Numbered from the stretch's first letter, positions 9,806-20,159 are shown. The stretch is DNA of 64,000 nucleotides from Candidatus Multivoradales bacterium (GCA_965248925.1 CBDFLE010000006.1:2528001-2592000), one strand, 5' to 3'. The notes: generated by a model not told the origin, from the letters alone. A program made the numbers and translations.

Positions 9806-11527
9806 TTAGTCGCCCTGGAGGAAGCTCTCCTTGAAGTTGCCGATCACCTCGGTGAGGGTCTCTCGCAACGAGTCGGAAATAACGCCGGTTTCGTCGAGTT
9901 CAGCGTAGATCTCGGGAAACTCGTCGAGCACATGCCGGAGCAACTGATTTTCAAGGTCGAGCACCTGGTTCACCGGCACATCGTCGAGCAGGCCCTGGGT
10001 GCCAGCGAAGATGCTGACCACCTGGCGCTCGAAGTTGAACGGTGTGTACTGAGCCTGCTTGAGCAACTCCACCATCCGCTGACCGCGGTCGAGCTGGCGT
10101 TGAGACGCTGTATCGAGCTCGGTGCCGAGCTGTGAGAAAGCTTCCAACTCACGGAACGACGCCAAGTCGAGACGCAACGAACTGGCGATCTTCTTCATCC
10201 CTTTGCGCTGTGCGTTGCCGCCTACCCGAGAAACCGAGATGCCAACGTTGACCGCAGGGCGAACACCGGCAAAGAAGAGATCGGGCTCAAGATAGATCTG
10301 CCCGTCGGTGATCGAGATCACGTTGGTCGGAATATAGGCCGAGACCTCACCCTCCAGAGTCTCGATGATCGGCAAGGCGGTCATCGAGCCGCCGCTGTCG
10401 GGATAGTAGTGCAGGCGGAAGTCGTCTCTGTCGTCGAGGCTGCTGAGCCAAGCTGCGCCGCGCTTTTTGCCGCCGTGGCGGTGATAGAGACCAGTATCGT
10501 CGTCGGGACGATGCTCCTTCGCCGCCTTCAATCCCTCTGGATGGCGGCGGGCCAACGAGCGATCGGTAGAGTCTTCGGCAGTGTCCTTGGGTACCACACC
10601 ATACTCATCGCGCAGCTTGACGGAGCGCTCGAGCAAACGGGAGTGCAAATAGAAGACATCGCCAGGATAGGCCTCGCGCCCCGGCGGCCGCTTGAGTAGC
10701 AAGGACAGCTGGCGATAAGCCTGAGCTTGCTTTGAGAGATCATCGTAGACCACCAGGGTGGCCATACCCTGCGAGTACATGAAGTGCTCGGCCATCGCCG
10801 CACCAGCATAAGGAGCGATGTACTGCAACGGCGCGGGATCGGCGGCCGAGGCCGAGACCACGATGGTGTAGTCCATCGCCCCGTGCTCGCGCAGCTTGTC
10901 GATCACTCCGACGACGGTCGACTCCTTCTGGCCAACGGCAACGTAGACACAAATGACCCCGTTACCTTTCTGGTTGAGGATGGCGTCGATGGCAATCGCT
11001 GTCTTGCCGGTCTTGCGGTCACCGATGATCAGCTCGCGCTGGCCACGGCCGACCGGAATCATGCTATCGATAGCCTTGAGACCGGTCATCATCGGCTCGT
11101 CCACCGGCTGCCGTTCGACGATGCCTGGCGCTTTGTATTCGAGCGGCCGGCGATGCGGGGTCTCAATCAGGCCCAGCCCATCGAGGGGCCGGCCCAGGGG
11201 ATCGATCACGCGGCCGACCATCGCTTCGCCCACTGGCACGCTGAGTAGCTCGCCGGTACGGCGCACCTCGTCGCCCTCGCGAATGCCCAGGTAGTCGCCC
11301 AAGACAACCACGCCCACCGAACCTTCTTCGAGGTTGAAGACTTGGCCGAACTGGCCGTTCTCGAACTGCACCTGCTCCATCGCCATGGCATTGTCGAGAC
11401 CGTAGACGCGAGCGATACCATCGCCGACCTCAAGCACCTTACCGACTTCGGCTACATCTATACCGCTGCGGTACTGCTGGATTTCCTCAGTAATGACCGA
11501 GGAGATTTCATCGACTCTGAACTTCAT
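9806..11527 (-). CDS. atpA: ATP synthase F1 alpha with ~68-aa insertion
   Basis: [41 protein letters not shown]. Confidence 0.97.
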   Translation of the reverse strand: MKFRVDEISSVITEEIQQYRSGIDVAEVGKVLEVGDGIARVYGLDNAMAMEQVQFENGQFGQVFNLEEGSVGVVVLGDYLGIREGDEVRRTGELLSVPVGEAMVGRVIDPLGRPLDGLGLIETPHRRPLEYKAPGIVERQPVDEPMMTGLKAIDSMIPVGRGQRELIIGDRKTGKTAIAIDAILNQKGNGVICVYVAVGQKESTVVGVIDKLREHGAMDYTIVVSASAADPAPLQYIAPYAGAAMAEHFMYSQGMATLVVYDDLSKQAQAYRQLSLLLKRPPGREAYPGDVFYLHSRLLERSVKLRDEYGVVPKDTAEDSTDRSLARRHPEGLKAAKEHRPDDDTGLYHRHGGKKRGAAWLSSLDDRDDFRLHYYPDSGGSMTALPIIETLEGEVSAYIPTNVISITDGQIYLEPDLFFAGVRPAVNVGISVSRVGGNAQRKGMKKIASSLRLDLASFRELEAFSQLGTELDTASQRQLDRGQRMVELLKQAQYTPFNFERQVVSIFAGTQGLLDDVPVNQVLDLENQLLRHVLDEFPEIYAELDETGVISDSLRETLTEVIGNFKESFLQGD

Positions 11528-11569
11528 CGAGCTTCACCTCTTGAGGCGGCACCTGCTGCCGCCGAACTT

Positions 11570-12178
11570 CTAGCCGTCGGCCCCTTGGCCCTGGTCGAAG
11601 TAGCCATCGTGGACCGCGCGCGAGGCCCGGTCGTGGAGCGCGGCACGCAAACCATGAAGGTCTTGGCTCACGGTACGGTCGATCCTGCGGTCGCCGATGC
11701 GCAGAACCATGCCGCCGATCAGCTGCGGATCCACCGCCTCCTCAAGATCGGCGGGCTTGCCAACCCAGCTCTCGATCGCCAGCTCCAACTCAGCCCGCAA
11801 CTGGTCGCCCAGCGCCACCGCGGTGGTTACCTGAGCATCGATACGACCCCGCAACCCCTGCGCCTCGCGCCGACACTCGGCGGCTATCGCCGGCAGCAGA
11901 GCTAAGCGCCCTTTGCGGTTGATCACCTGCAACGCATCCACCGCCAGATCGCTCATCTGGCCGCGGAAGAGCTTCTCCAGCGACCCGGATCGAGCCACTG
12001 GGTCGACCAACGGGCTGGAGATGAAGTGTTGGAAGTCAGCGTTCTCGGCAGCATGGGTCACCAGCGCCTGAAACTCTCCCACCACGTCGCCGCGCGCCTC
12101 TTCGCTGCCGGCCAGCTCGAGAACCGAGCGGGCGTAGACCCGGGCGATGGCAAGCTGTTTATCTTGAACGTTAGCCAC
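11570..12178 (-). CDS. atpH: ATP synthase delta
   Basis: IARVYARS, VDPQLIGGMVLRIGDRRID. Confidence 0.93.
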   Translation of the reverse strand: MANVQDKQLAIARVYARSVLELAGSEEARGDVVGEFQALVTHAAENADFQHFISSPLVDPVARSGSLEKLFRGQMSDLAVDALQVINRKGRLALLPAIAAECRREAQGLRGRIDAQVTTAVALGDQLRAELELAIESWVGKPADLEEAVDPQLIGGMVLRIGDRRIDRTVSQDLHGLRAALHDRASRAVHDGYFDQGQGADG

Positions 12179-12187
12179 CTTAGGCTC

Positions 12188-12787
12188 CTAGCTCTGGACC
12201 TGCCCCAGCTCACCGATCGCGTCACGAATCAGCCGCTCGTGATCAGCCGCCTGCAGCTCGCGGCCGACGATGCGGCCGGCGATATCCGTGGCTAGCTGGC
12301 CAGACACCTCGTAAAGCTGCTTGACCGCGCTGCCGCGGGCGATGTCGATCTCACGCTTCGCTCGGGCAACCATCTTGTCGGCTTCGAGCCGCGTTTCTTC
12401 CTCGATCCGCCGCCGCACGACTTCCGCATCCCGTCGACCCTCTTCAACAATCGCCGTCGCCTCGGCACGGGCCGAGGTGAGCTGTTCTTTATACTCGGCG
12501 AGCTGCGCCGAGGCCTCGTCGCGATCGCGCTTGGCCTGCTCCAACGAGCCGGAAATGAACTCTTCTCGTGACTGGAGGTTCTCGAGAATCGGTCCCCAGG
12601 CATACTTGCCCAGAACCAAGAGCACCAGGGCGAAGACCAGCAAGGTCCAGAAGACATTGCCCAAATCGCCAACGAAGATGTTGTTGCCACCTTCGCCACC
12701 GTGGTCCGCCTCGGCCGCTGCAAGCAACGCCGGCGCTATGACCACGGACAGAACGGCGAAGAGAGTCCAGCAAGTTCTTTGCTTCAT
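12188..12787 (-). CDS. atpF: ATP synthase F0 b
   Basis: FWTLLVF...KYAWGPILENLQSREEFI followed by a coiled coil. Confidence 0.93.
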   Translation of the reverse strand: MKQRTCWTLFAVLSVVIAPALLAAAEADHGGEGGNNIFVGDLGNVFWTLLVFALVLLVLGKYAWGPILENLQSREEFISGSLEQAKRDRDEASAQLAEYKEQLTSARAEATAIVEEGRRDAEVVRRRIEEETRLEADKMVARAKREIDIARGSAVKQLYEVSGQLATDIAGRIVGRELQAADHERLIRDAIGELGQVQS

Positions 12788-12885
12788 ACCGATTGCCCAG
12801 GGTTGGCCCGACTCGCAAGAGCCGGGAAATTTCTACCAGGAACGGAGTAGGAGACCCACAAGGCCCCCCGTAACCCGACCTTCTT

Positions 12886-13206
12886 CTAGCCCCGGATACC
12901 CAGCATGCCTACAACGACGGCAAACAGCAGGGCACCCTCGAGCATGGCTGCGGTGATGATCATGGCGGTCGAGATCTGGCCCGCCATTTCCGGCTGGCGA
13001 GCGATCGCCTCGACCGCGCTGCCACCGATTCGACCTAGTCCGATACCGCCACCGATCAGCGCCAGACCGGCACCGATACCACCACCGAGCTTGCCGGCAC
13101 CTGCGGCAGACAACATCTCACCTTCGGCAAACACAGCCGGAGCGAGCATCAGGGCAAAGCCCGCCAGCACCATCATCAGCGAGATCTTGGCAACTCTCTT
13201 GCTCAT
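12886..13206 (-). CDS. atpE: ATP synthase F0 c (proton type, signal-like N-terminal extension)
   Basis: GGGIGLG, ARQPE and MLEGALLF; no Na+-binding Q/ES signature; start at ATG 13206. Confidence 0.93.
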   Translation of the reverse strand: MSKRVAKISLMMVLAGFALMLAPAVFAEGEMLSAAGAGKLGGGIGAGLALIGGGIGLGRIGGSAVEAIARQPEMAGQISTAMIITAAMLEGALLFAVVVGMLGIRG

Positions 13207-13353
13207 TGCTTTCAGTCCTTCCTCGTGTTGGAAACCGGCAGCCGAACCGATCGTCCGCCTAGATTCCGTAAACCCTTCGAGTGTTTGGTGCTGCTCGGGC
13301 AACACCCACGGCTCGTTTCTATCGAGTTCTTCCCAGCTCAGCATCTGGCCCAC

Positions 13354-14235
13354 TCAGTGGGCCGCCGCCTCGCCATGGTCGTCATGGTGAAAATACACCG
13401 CCTGACCGATAAACAGCGTGGTCAGGTAAGTGAAGATAAAGGCCTGTAGAAAGGCCACCAGAAGCTCCAGCATGGTGATCGCCACACTGGCCAGCACCGC
13501 CAGCACCGCAACCGCCAGACCAGCGGCTAGGCCAAGTGCCTGTCCGGCGGTAAGAATCATGCCCAACAGCACAGCCAGCAAGATGTGGCCGGCCATCATG
13601 TTGGCGAATAAGCGCACGGTCAAGGCAAAAGTCTTGGCCAGCGGCCCGACCACCGCTTCGAGCGGAATCATCAGCGGCGCCAACCATAGCGGACCCGGGC
13701 TCATGTGCGCCAAGTACTCTTTGCCGCCGAGGCGCAAACCGTTGAAGACGGTCAGTATGAGGGTCAGCACCGCCAAGGTGCCGGTGACCCAGATATTGGC
13801 CGTCGCCGTGCCACCGATGTGGACTCCAAAAATCACCGGGGTGACAGTGCCGATCGGCAACAGGCCGAGCAGGTTGATTGTCAAGATGAAGAAAAAGACC
13901 GACCAGATGTACTTGATGAAGCGATCGGTATAGGGACCGAGCTGCGGCTTGGCAACCTCGTTGCGGAAATACTCGCACAAAGCCTCGATGGCGTTGGCAA
14001 AGCCCCGCGGCACCAGGCGGCCAGTCTCGGTCTTATCTCGACGGCGACGGACCAGGACCGGAAAACCGATTACCAGCAACAAGCCGGCGACGATCATCAT
14101 TACGATCTGGTCGCTGAGCAGGGTGATCTCACCGCCCGGCAACCAGTCCACCTGTGCCGTCTTCAGGGTGTGCGGCAGAACGTGACTGAGTGGATTGTCT
14201 CCCTCGATCGCGAATCTCATGCCTTTCTCCGTCAA
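13354..14235 (-). CDS. atpB: ATP synthase F0 a
   Basis: LTVRLFANMMAGH, ELLVAFLQAFIFTYLT. Confidence 0.96.
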   Translation of the reverse strand: MTEKGMRFAIEGDNPLSHVLPHTLKTAQVDWLPGGEITLLSDQIVMMIVAGLLLVIGFPVLVRRRRDKTETGRLVPRGFANAIEALCEYFRNEVAKPQLGPYTDRFIKYIWSVFFFILTINLLGLLPIGTVTPVIFGVHIGGTATANIWVTGTLAVLTLILTVFNGLRLGGKEYLAHMSPGPLWLAPLMIPLEAVVGPLAKTFALTVRLFANMMAGHILLAVLLGMILTAGQALGLAAGLAVAVLAVLASVAITMLELLVAFLQAFIFTYLTTLFIGQAVYFHHDDHGEAAAH

Positions 14236-14293
14236 CCAAGCCAGCCCTACGGGCGCTCGGTGTCACAAACTTCCTCAGCGGCTTTGTCGCCGG

Positions 14294-14764
14294 CTAAACT
14301 GCCCGCTCAGACGCTGCTTTTCCGTCGCCGTTCTGCAGCTGCCCCGCAACCGCCAGAGCGTATCGCGTGTCGGCCACCAGCAGAGCGGCATGGCTGGCCG
14401 CCAGCCAAAGCAAAAGCGGCCACGGCGCGAACATGTTGCTGAGCAACAGACCGGCCCCGACAACCACCGTCACAGCTAGCCGCGAAGCCAACGCGCCCAA
14501 CACCAAGGTGACGACATTGGCCAGCGACACCGAGGCCGCCCGCGCCCGCAACCAACTACTAGCGAACAACGAGCCCAGCAAGCTAGCCCCACAACCCGCC
14601 AGCATGGCAACAACCCCACCCTCACCGGCCAGCCGTCGGGTCGGCGAGTAGCCAACCAACAGCACCGCGACCAGCAAGACCGCCAGCAGCAGCAGGTAAG
14701 CCCGGAAGGCGCTCGCCCTCTGCTGCTCGCCCGGCAAGAACTCTTTGGGTTCAGCCACCTTCAA
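14294..14764 (-). CDS. ATP synthase I-like membrane protein
   Basis: Four hydrophobic helices directly upstream of atpB. Confidence 0.6.
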   Translation of the reverse strand: MKVAEPKEFLPGEQQRASAFRAYLLLLAVLLVAVLLVGYSPTRRLAGEGGVVAMLAGCGASLLGSLFASSWLRARAASVSLANVVTLVLGALASRLAVTVVVGAGLLLSNMFAPWPLLLWLAASHAALLVADTRYALAVAGQLQNGDGKAASERAV

Positions 14765-15017
14765 TATCGTCCGTATCCTTCTGTGGATGGTTGGCGGACC
14801 GCACTGCGGCCAACGCCCCTCGAACGAGATTGTAAGTGCCGCCAGCGAGCCCGAGAAACACTCCAGAAAGGACCCCCCAAGGACTCCATCCGAAGTGGCG
14901 GTCGAGCCACCAACCCAGCAAGGTGAATCCGACCACCGAGGCAGCTAGCTCAATCCCCATGCCCGAGTAAGTCACCCAGGTCGGTTGTTGCTCTTGGCGG
15001 GGGGGGGGTTGAGACAC
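14751..15017 (-). CDS. AtpZ/AtpI-family protein
   Basis: GIELAASVVGFTLLGWWLDRHFGWSPWG; likely GTG start at 15017. Confidence 0.8.
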   Translation of the reverse strand: MSQPPPRQEQQPTWVTYSGMGIELAASVVGFTLLGWWLDRHFGWSPWGVLSGVFLGLAGGTYNLVRGALAAVRSANHPQKDTDDIEGG

Positions 15018-15258
15018 GCTTCCTGCTCGGCCGGACTGGCCGGGCGTATTCTGCACTAGTCGCGGTAGCCTGACAAGACCCAGCCGATGAAATCCTGGAG
15101 CTTGCCGGAAACCACCGCGAAACTGCCGATGCTCGCTCCTGAAAAGCGGGATAGCTGGGCTCCAACAGGCCCGAAGATCACCACAGATTATTGGCCAAAG
15201 CCAAGACCGGCACCACAGAGCCACATTCTGGCCACCTCGCCCTGCTCCACTGCCGGAC

Positions 15259-16188
15259 ATGGACATCCTGCAAATCGCCAGCAACGCTTACCCGGCAGAT
15301 CTCTTCTCGCTGCTTCGCTGGCTGGCCCAAGGCGTTTTCTTTGCTTTCCCCCTGCTTCTGCTGGTGGTGGCATGGCGCCGGCGGTCGACGGGTAGTCGAG
15401 CACGATGGACAGCCCTGGTGGCAATGCTGGTGCTAGCGGTCGGCGTCTGGTCCTTCTGGATCGAGCCAGGGTGGCTGCAAACCATCTACTACGAGATCCA
15501 CACAGCGAAACTCGATCACCCAATCCGCCTGGAGATCATCGCTGATCTGCAAACCGACCGAATCGGCAGCCACGAACAGCGAGCGCCTCAGGCGGTGGCC
15601 GCCGCTAAGCCTGACTTGGTGTTGCTGACCGGTGACTACCTGCAAGTAGAGAGTCGGTTCCTAGCCCGCGAGACCTTTCGCCTGCAAACTCTGTGGCGCC
15701 AGGTTGCCTTGCGGGCGCCGCTCGGCGTGTGGGCGGTCGGTGGGGATGTCGAAGGGCCGAACTGGCCCGAGATCTTCGCCGGTCTACCAGTGCGGCCTCT
15801 AGAGAATTCGACCACCTTCGAAGTCGGCCAGCTCACTTTGAGCGCACTCTCGGCCGTTGATTCGCGCTCCGGCCATTTCCCGATCACCGCCAGCGAGCGC
15901 TTCCACATCGCCTTCGGCCACGCCCCCGACTTCGCCCTCAGCCGGCCGTCAGTCGACCTGATGGTGGCCGGCCACACCCACGGCGGCCAAGTGCGGCTAC
16001 CGCTGATCGGCCCGCTGCTGACCTTTTCGCGCATCCCCCGCGCCTGGGCCGCCGGCCGCACCGACTTTGACGACGGTCGCACCTTGGTGGTCTCCAGAGG
16101 CATCGGCATGGAGCGCGGCAACGCACCCCGGTTACGCTTTCTGTGTCGGCCGGAAGTGGTGCTAATTGACCTGTTGCCGGCAAGCTAA
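15259..16188 (+). CDS. Membrane-anchored metallophosphoesterase (YkuE-like)
   Basis: ADLQ, LTGDY, GHAPD, AGHTHGGQ, VSRGIG; two N-terminal TM segments. Confidence 0.85.
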   Translation: MDILQIASNAYPADLFSLLRWLAQGVFFAFPLLLLVVAWRRRSTGSRARWTALVAMLVLAVGVWSFWIEPGWLQTIYYEIHTAKLDHPIRLEIIADLQTDRIGSHEQRAPQAVAAAKPDLVLLTGDYLQVESRFLARETFRLQTLWRQVALRAPLGVWAVGGDVEGPNWPEIFAGLPVRPLENSTTFEVGQLTLSALSAVDSRSGHFPITASERFHIAFGHAPDFALSRPSVDLMVAGHTHGGQVRLPLIGPLLTFSRIPRAWAAGRTDFDDGRTLVVSRGIGMERGNAPRLRFLCRPEVVLIDLLPAS

Positions 16189-16200
16189 GCGACAGCCGGG

Positions 16201-16368
16201 CATACCTCGTCGAAGGCGGTCCGGGAGCAGTTGAGGGAGGCTTACCGCCTATTCGGCGAGGCATATCGGGAGGCGGTGGCTCGCCCGCGATCGGTCGCCG
16301 ACTCGGTGGAGTTTCCACTGGGCTGCTTTCCGCCCCCTCGCCCATGCGTGTCGAGTGATGCCGGATAG
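16201..16368 (+). mobile_element. C-terminal remnant of an IS200/RAYT-like transposase
   Basis: Start-less frame HTSSKAVREQLREAYRLFGEAYREAVAR...VEFPLGCFPPPRPCV*, resembling (from memory) the C-terminus of myxobacterial/acidobacterial Y1 transposases. Confidence 0.55.
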
Positions 16369-16473
16369 CCCTGCAGCCGCGCGGGTCAATACTCTGCGAA
16401 TCGGCTGGCACCTCTCTCTGCACCTTTTTTGGCCCGTGATCTGCGCCATGTTCTTGACGGCGGTTGCTTTCCA

Positions 16474-16737
16474 TTACTGACAGCCTCCGCGACAGCCTTG
16501 CAAGAAGTTACGAAGTAGGTCAAGAAGACAGAAGTTCAACTCCTTGAAGAGGCTGGCCAATACAGTCACCGATTTACCGCCAGGGCATTGCTTCGTGATC
16601 AAGCAATTTCCCAGGCAATGATGATGCCGCGTTTGGCCATCCGCTTCCCTTCTCACTCGATCTCGAATCCTTGCAACACACTCGGAGTCACCTTCGGGCA
16701 GCCGCAGTAAGTACAAGACATGGCTCAGAGAGGGCAA
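16474..16737 (-). pseudogene. Cys-rich orphan fragment, probably an Rhs toxin-tip remnant
   Basis: Low GC; HHHCLGNCLITKQCPGG; distal end of the Rhs cassette array. Confidence 0.4.
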
Positions 16738-17310
16738 TCATGTTTCCTCCAGACACATCTCGATCTTCTGTATTGACTCCTCGAATATCTGCAACACATT
16801 TCCGTTTGCGTACTCAGGATCCCCCCAGAACGCCCCGCCCTCAGCACTAGGATCAGGCGCTGAGAAAAGCCAGTATCGCTCCTCTGCTCCACTCGTCGAC
16901 CAGATCTCATAGACCACGTTAGGGAAATAAATAGTCCCGCTCACTGCCAGTGGAAGCGCAAGTGAGTGCAACGCTATCTCGACTGCCTGAAGAGCCGGGC
17001 AAGTCGCTTCTGTAATCTCAGATGAACGCAAGGAACCGCCTTGATGTCGGAATATTATCGCAGTAGTAACTCCATCCTTTTCGAAGAGACTCACTTGTAT
17101 CGAAACCTGCGACTCGCCCCCCCTCTTAATAGTTACTGCCGACTCTCTGGTCCGGAAAAATCCAATCTCTTCCTCCGGACGACTCCAGCCAGAAGGCCGG
17201 CGATCTGTCGATGTAGTGTTCACAGGAGAAATTCCCGGCGTCGTCAAGCTGGGACAGGATAGTGCCGAAAACGCCAACGTTACGTAGAGCACGAGCCTCA
17301 TCAATTTCAC
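16738..17310 (-). CDS. Lipoprotein, putative immunity/partner of the orphan Rhs tip
   Basis: GTG start overlaps the Rhs stop (GTGA); MRLVLYVTLAFSALSC lipobox-like signal; low GC. Confidence 0.65.
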   Translation of the reverse strand: MKLMRLVLYVTLAFSALSCPSLTTPGISPVNTTSTDRRPSGWSRPEEEIGFFRTRESAVTIKRGGESQVSIQVSLFEKDGVTTAIIFRHQGGSLRSSEITEATCPALQAVEIALHSLALPLAVSGTIYFPNVVYEIWSTSGAEERYWLFSAPDPSAEGGAFWGDPEYANGNVLQIFEESIQKIEMCLEET

Positions 17311-20012
17311 AGTCCTTCGCATGGCCTCTTTCCACATTGTTTTCTGAAATCCTTCGACCACCCCGAAGGAACTTCGAGAGTAGTCTTCCCAGAATGAGGA
17401 TCGAACTTCCAAATTCCACTGGGATGCACGGTGTAGATCGGTATTCCACGTCTCCTTGAGACGTCTTCGTCGCACCCCGTACAAGAGCTTGGTGGCCCTG
17501 GTTTCTTCCTGGGGTGAGTATGGAAGATGCCACAGGCTCCCTCGGGAATTCTGCCACGGAAGCTGGTTGTGGAACGTGTGGTCGTTCCTGATTTTGCAGA
17601 TGACGGCCACAAAGAGCACCCAAGTTTGCCGTCCTTGCAAGTGGCCCAGAACGCCTCTTCTGTGCCTTTCATCCCGAAGCCAGCCTTCTTGAAGATGCAG
17701 TAGATGCATTTTCTAATCCCAGTATCATCTGTAATTGCATCAAGGCCAAGCGGGTCGAAGTAAGCCGTAGGATTCGCCAGGGCAAAAGAAAAGAGATTCA
17801 GAGCAGAGCGCTCGGGAGGTAATAGGCCCAGCGGGTCTGTCCGAGTGTATCTTCCCGCTCCAACATTGTACCAGCGATAAACATTATAATAGATATCAAT
17901 GCCGGTTCCCCAAGAATCATCTTGCCACTGCCCTGGGGAGCGCAAGGAGATTCCGTTATCACTAGCTCCGACGTAGTCCTGGCCAAACGGCTCGAACCCG
18001 CCTGACCAAGCCTGAGAACCGCCGTTGTCTGTTGCCAGGATAGGAGTCCCAAGATGATCCAGAGTCAGGTGAGTCGACGAGCTACCCTCAATCTGTGCTG
18101 TTGGGTGCCCCGCAAAGTAGACGATAACGGCCGACCCTTTGAAACCGTTTCTTCCCTGAAGGGTCCCACCACTACTGTAGGAGGGAGTGGTAGTCACCGT
18201 CTCGAAGCATGCCCCCGCTCCCTGGCCGGCCTCGCCTTTGCCGGTATCGGAATTGCTCCACCCAGTAGTATCTCCGCTCTCGAAACCATCACAAAACAGC
18301 GCGCTGCCATCGGCGAAGGGGCGGCTTCTCGTGACCTGTCGCAATAAACTGCGACCATCGTAGAGCATGGTTGATGTCGCCTGGGCGGAGGCGTGATCGA
18401 TCGCCTTGAGACGACCTGCGTCGTCGTAGGTGTAGGTGATCGGGTCGCTGTCCTCGTCGATACCGATTTGGTTGCCGCTTGCATCGAAGTTGTAGATCCT
18501 ACTTCCACCTGCATTCAAGGAGATCAGGTCGAGCTTGGCTGTGTTACCGCTGCCCGATGTGTTGACATGGTATGTGTAGATATCGGTCAGGCCATTACGC
18601 GTCTCGCTCAGCCGATTGCCGATCTTGTCATAGGTCCAAACTTGCAAACCCCACGGGCCATCGCCTTGAGTGAGGAAATACTGGTAGTCCTGATGACCGT
18701 AGGTGCGGCTGTTCGCAGCATCCTGGAGGTCGGCGATGGCGCTGATGTTGCCAACACCATCGGTCGAATACTCCCAGTCCAGAAGAGTTCCGCCTGGGCC
18801 GACCGCAGTGATTCGCTCGGGTTGGTAGCGACTGTCATATGGCCGAGTTTCTACGATGCCATTTCCTCGAGTAAGTTGGCGCAGCGGTCCGATTGGATTA
18901 TAAGTCGCTCCAGTAACAACTGACTGGATTCCCTGCCCGGGAATCTCAGCATCGAGGGTCAGCTGCCGATCCGCGTGATCGAATGCATAGAGCGCCTTCA
19001 TTCCTCCTGGATACAAGATCTCTGACTTGTTGCTATTCAAGTCGTAAGCGTAGGCTAGGTCTCCATCGCGGGTCGTGCGGCCGAAGCGGTCATATTCGTA
19101 GGCGATGGGAAAACCGTCGCGAGTGATCTGAGTGAGTCGGCCGAGGCTGAAGGTCACCAGCGGATCGTCGTAGGCGTAGGTCACGTCGAGGGTGTCGTCG
19201 GGATAGTCGACCAAGGCAACTCGGTCTAGTTCGTCAATGGTGCGCAAGGTCGTGATGTTGCGGGCGTCGGTGCTTTCGATGAGCTGGCCGTGCTCGTTGT
19301 ACCGATTTGTCGTTAGACCGGAGACTTCAGAGGTTTCTTGGGTTAGCAGATCTCGGTCGCTGTAGACGTAGCTGGTCACGGTACCTTCAGCATCGGTCAA
19401 GGTGATCAAATGGTCTTGTACGTCATAGCCGTGGGTCGTTATTGCTTGACCGCCTCCGGCGCCGCCGAAGGGCTGACTTACAGTGCTCAGTCGGTCGAGC
19501 GGATCGTAGGCGTAGGCCGTACTCGGCAACGCCGTTTGCCCGGCCGATGGGTGGTTGGCGTCCCAGATCTGCTCTAGGTCTCCATCGGAATCATACGAGA
19601 ACTCAGTGAGCGCTTGCTCTGGGCTGCCGGCGCCTTCGATGGTCTTGTCGAGATGGCAGCGGCTGGAATAGACGTACTCGGTATTGAAGTCGCTTACCCA
19701 GCTCGCGCCGTCACAGCTTCGCAGCTCTTCGCGGACCCGGTGACCAAAGCCATCGAGGGTGTAGAAGGTACGCTCGATGTGGCTGCCGGGCAGGTCGTCT
19801 GGCTTGCGTTCGATGGACACCAACCGGCCGACAAGGTCGTACCCATACTCCAGCACGTTGCCTCGCGGAAGAACGGTCTGGAGGAGATCGCCGAAGACGG
19901 TGTAGCGTTGCTCGGTGATCAAATCCTCGGCCGGTATTGCGCCTTTCTGAATGCTGAACAGAACACGATTGAGCGCGCCGTATTGCGTTTCGCTGGGCAC
20001 CAGCTCGTGCAC
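17307..20012 (-). CDS. Orphan (5'-truncated) Rhs module with JAB/MPN-like C-terminal domain
   Basis: YD repeats paralogous to the upstream Rhs; RYTRTDPLG...PTAYFDPLGL; tip with EE...HTHP...S...D. Homology starts at 19994 and the ORF start lies inside the intron remnant. Confidence 0.85.
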   Translation of the reverse strand: MHELVPSETQYGALNRVLFSIQKGAIPAEDLITEQRYTVFGDLLQTVLPRGNVLEYGYDLVGRLVSIERKPDDLPGSHIERTFYTLDGFGHRVREELRSCDGASWVSDFNTEYVYSSRCHLDKTIEGAGSPEQALTEFSYDSDGDLEQIWDANHPSAGQTALPSTAYAYDPLDRLSTVSQPFGGAGGGQAITTHGYDVQDHLITLTDAEGTVTSYVYSDRDLLTQETSEVSGLTTNRYNEHGQLIESTDARNITTLRTIDELDRVALVDYPDDTLDVTYAYDDPLVTFSLGRLTQITRDGFPIAYEYDRFGRTTRDGDLAYAYDLNSNKSEILYPGGMKALYAFDHADRQLTLDAEIPGQGIQSVVTGATYNPIGPLRQLTRGNGIVETRPYDSRYQPERITAVGPGGTLLDWEYSTDGVGNISAIADLQDAANSRTYGHQDYQYFLTQGDGPWGLQVWTYDKIGNRLSETRNGLTDIYTYHVNTSGSGNTAKLDLISLNAGGSRIYNFDASGNQIGIDEDSDPITYTYDDAGRLKAIDHASAQATSTMLYDGRSLLRQVTRSRPFADGSALFCDGFESGDTTGWSNSDTGKGEAGQGAGACFETVTTTPSYSSGGTLQGRNGFKGSAVIVYFAGHPTAQIEGSSSTHLTLDHLGTPILATDNGGSQAWSGGFEPFGQDYVGASDNGISLRSPGQWQDDSWGTGIDIYYNVYRWYNVGAGRYTRTDPLGLLPPERSALNLFSFALANPTAYFDPLGLDAITDDTGIRKCIYCIFKKAGFGMKGTEEAFWATCKDGKLGCSLWPSSAKSGTTTRSTTSFRGRIPEGACGIFHTHPRKKPGPPSSCTGCDEDVSRRRGIPIYTVHPSGIWKFDPHSGKTTLEVPSGWSKDFRKQCGKRPCEGL

Positions 20013-20138
20013 CCCCTGTCAACGCTTCGGCCGGACCCTCGCGAGACCGACCGCATGACTCGGGGTCAACGTGGTTCGCTACTCCTTCGTCGTAGAGGAC
20101 TCACACCTCCTACATCCTGCCGGTCTTAACCGGCGCTC
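20003..20138 (-). mobile_element. 5' (domain I) remnant of a group II intron, no RT ORF
   Basis: Minus strand GAGCGCCGGTTAAGACCGGCAGGATGTAGGAGGTGTGAGTCCTCTACGACGAAGGAGTAGCGAACCAC...CCCCGAGTCATGCG...GAAGCGTTGACAGGGG matches the recalled 5' sequence of bacterial group II introns (GUGYG variant). Confidence 0.75.
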
Positions 20139-20159
20139 TCTGCCTGGCACTTCTCTAGC

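Noticed and set aside
10397-10600. Intein in AtpA
   Set aside because: Too short and lacks intein splice-junction residues.
12886-13206. Na+-translocating or N-type ATPase
   Set aside because: Subunit c lacks the Na+ ligands, and the gene order is canonical with atpH present.
16738-17709. 323-aa ORF as one protein
   Set aside because: Its first ~130 codons overlap the Rhs tip in another frame; the plausible gene is the lipoprotein starting at 17310 or 17301.
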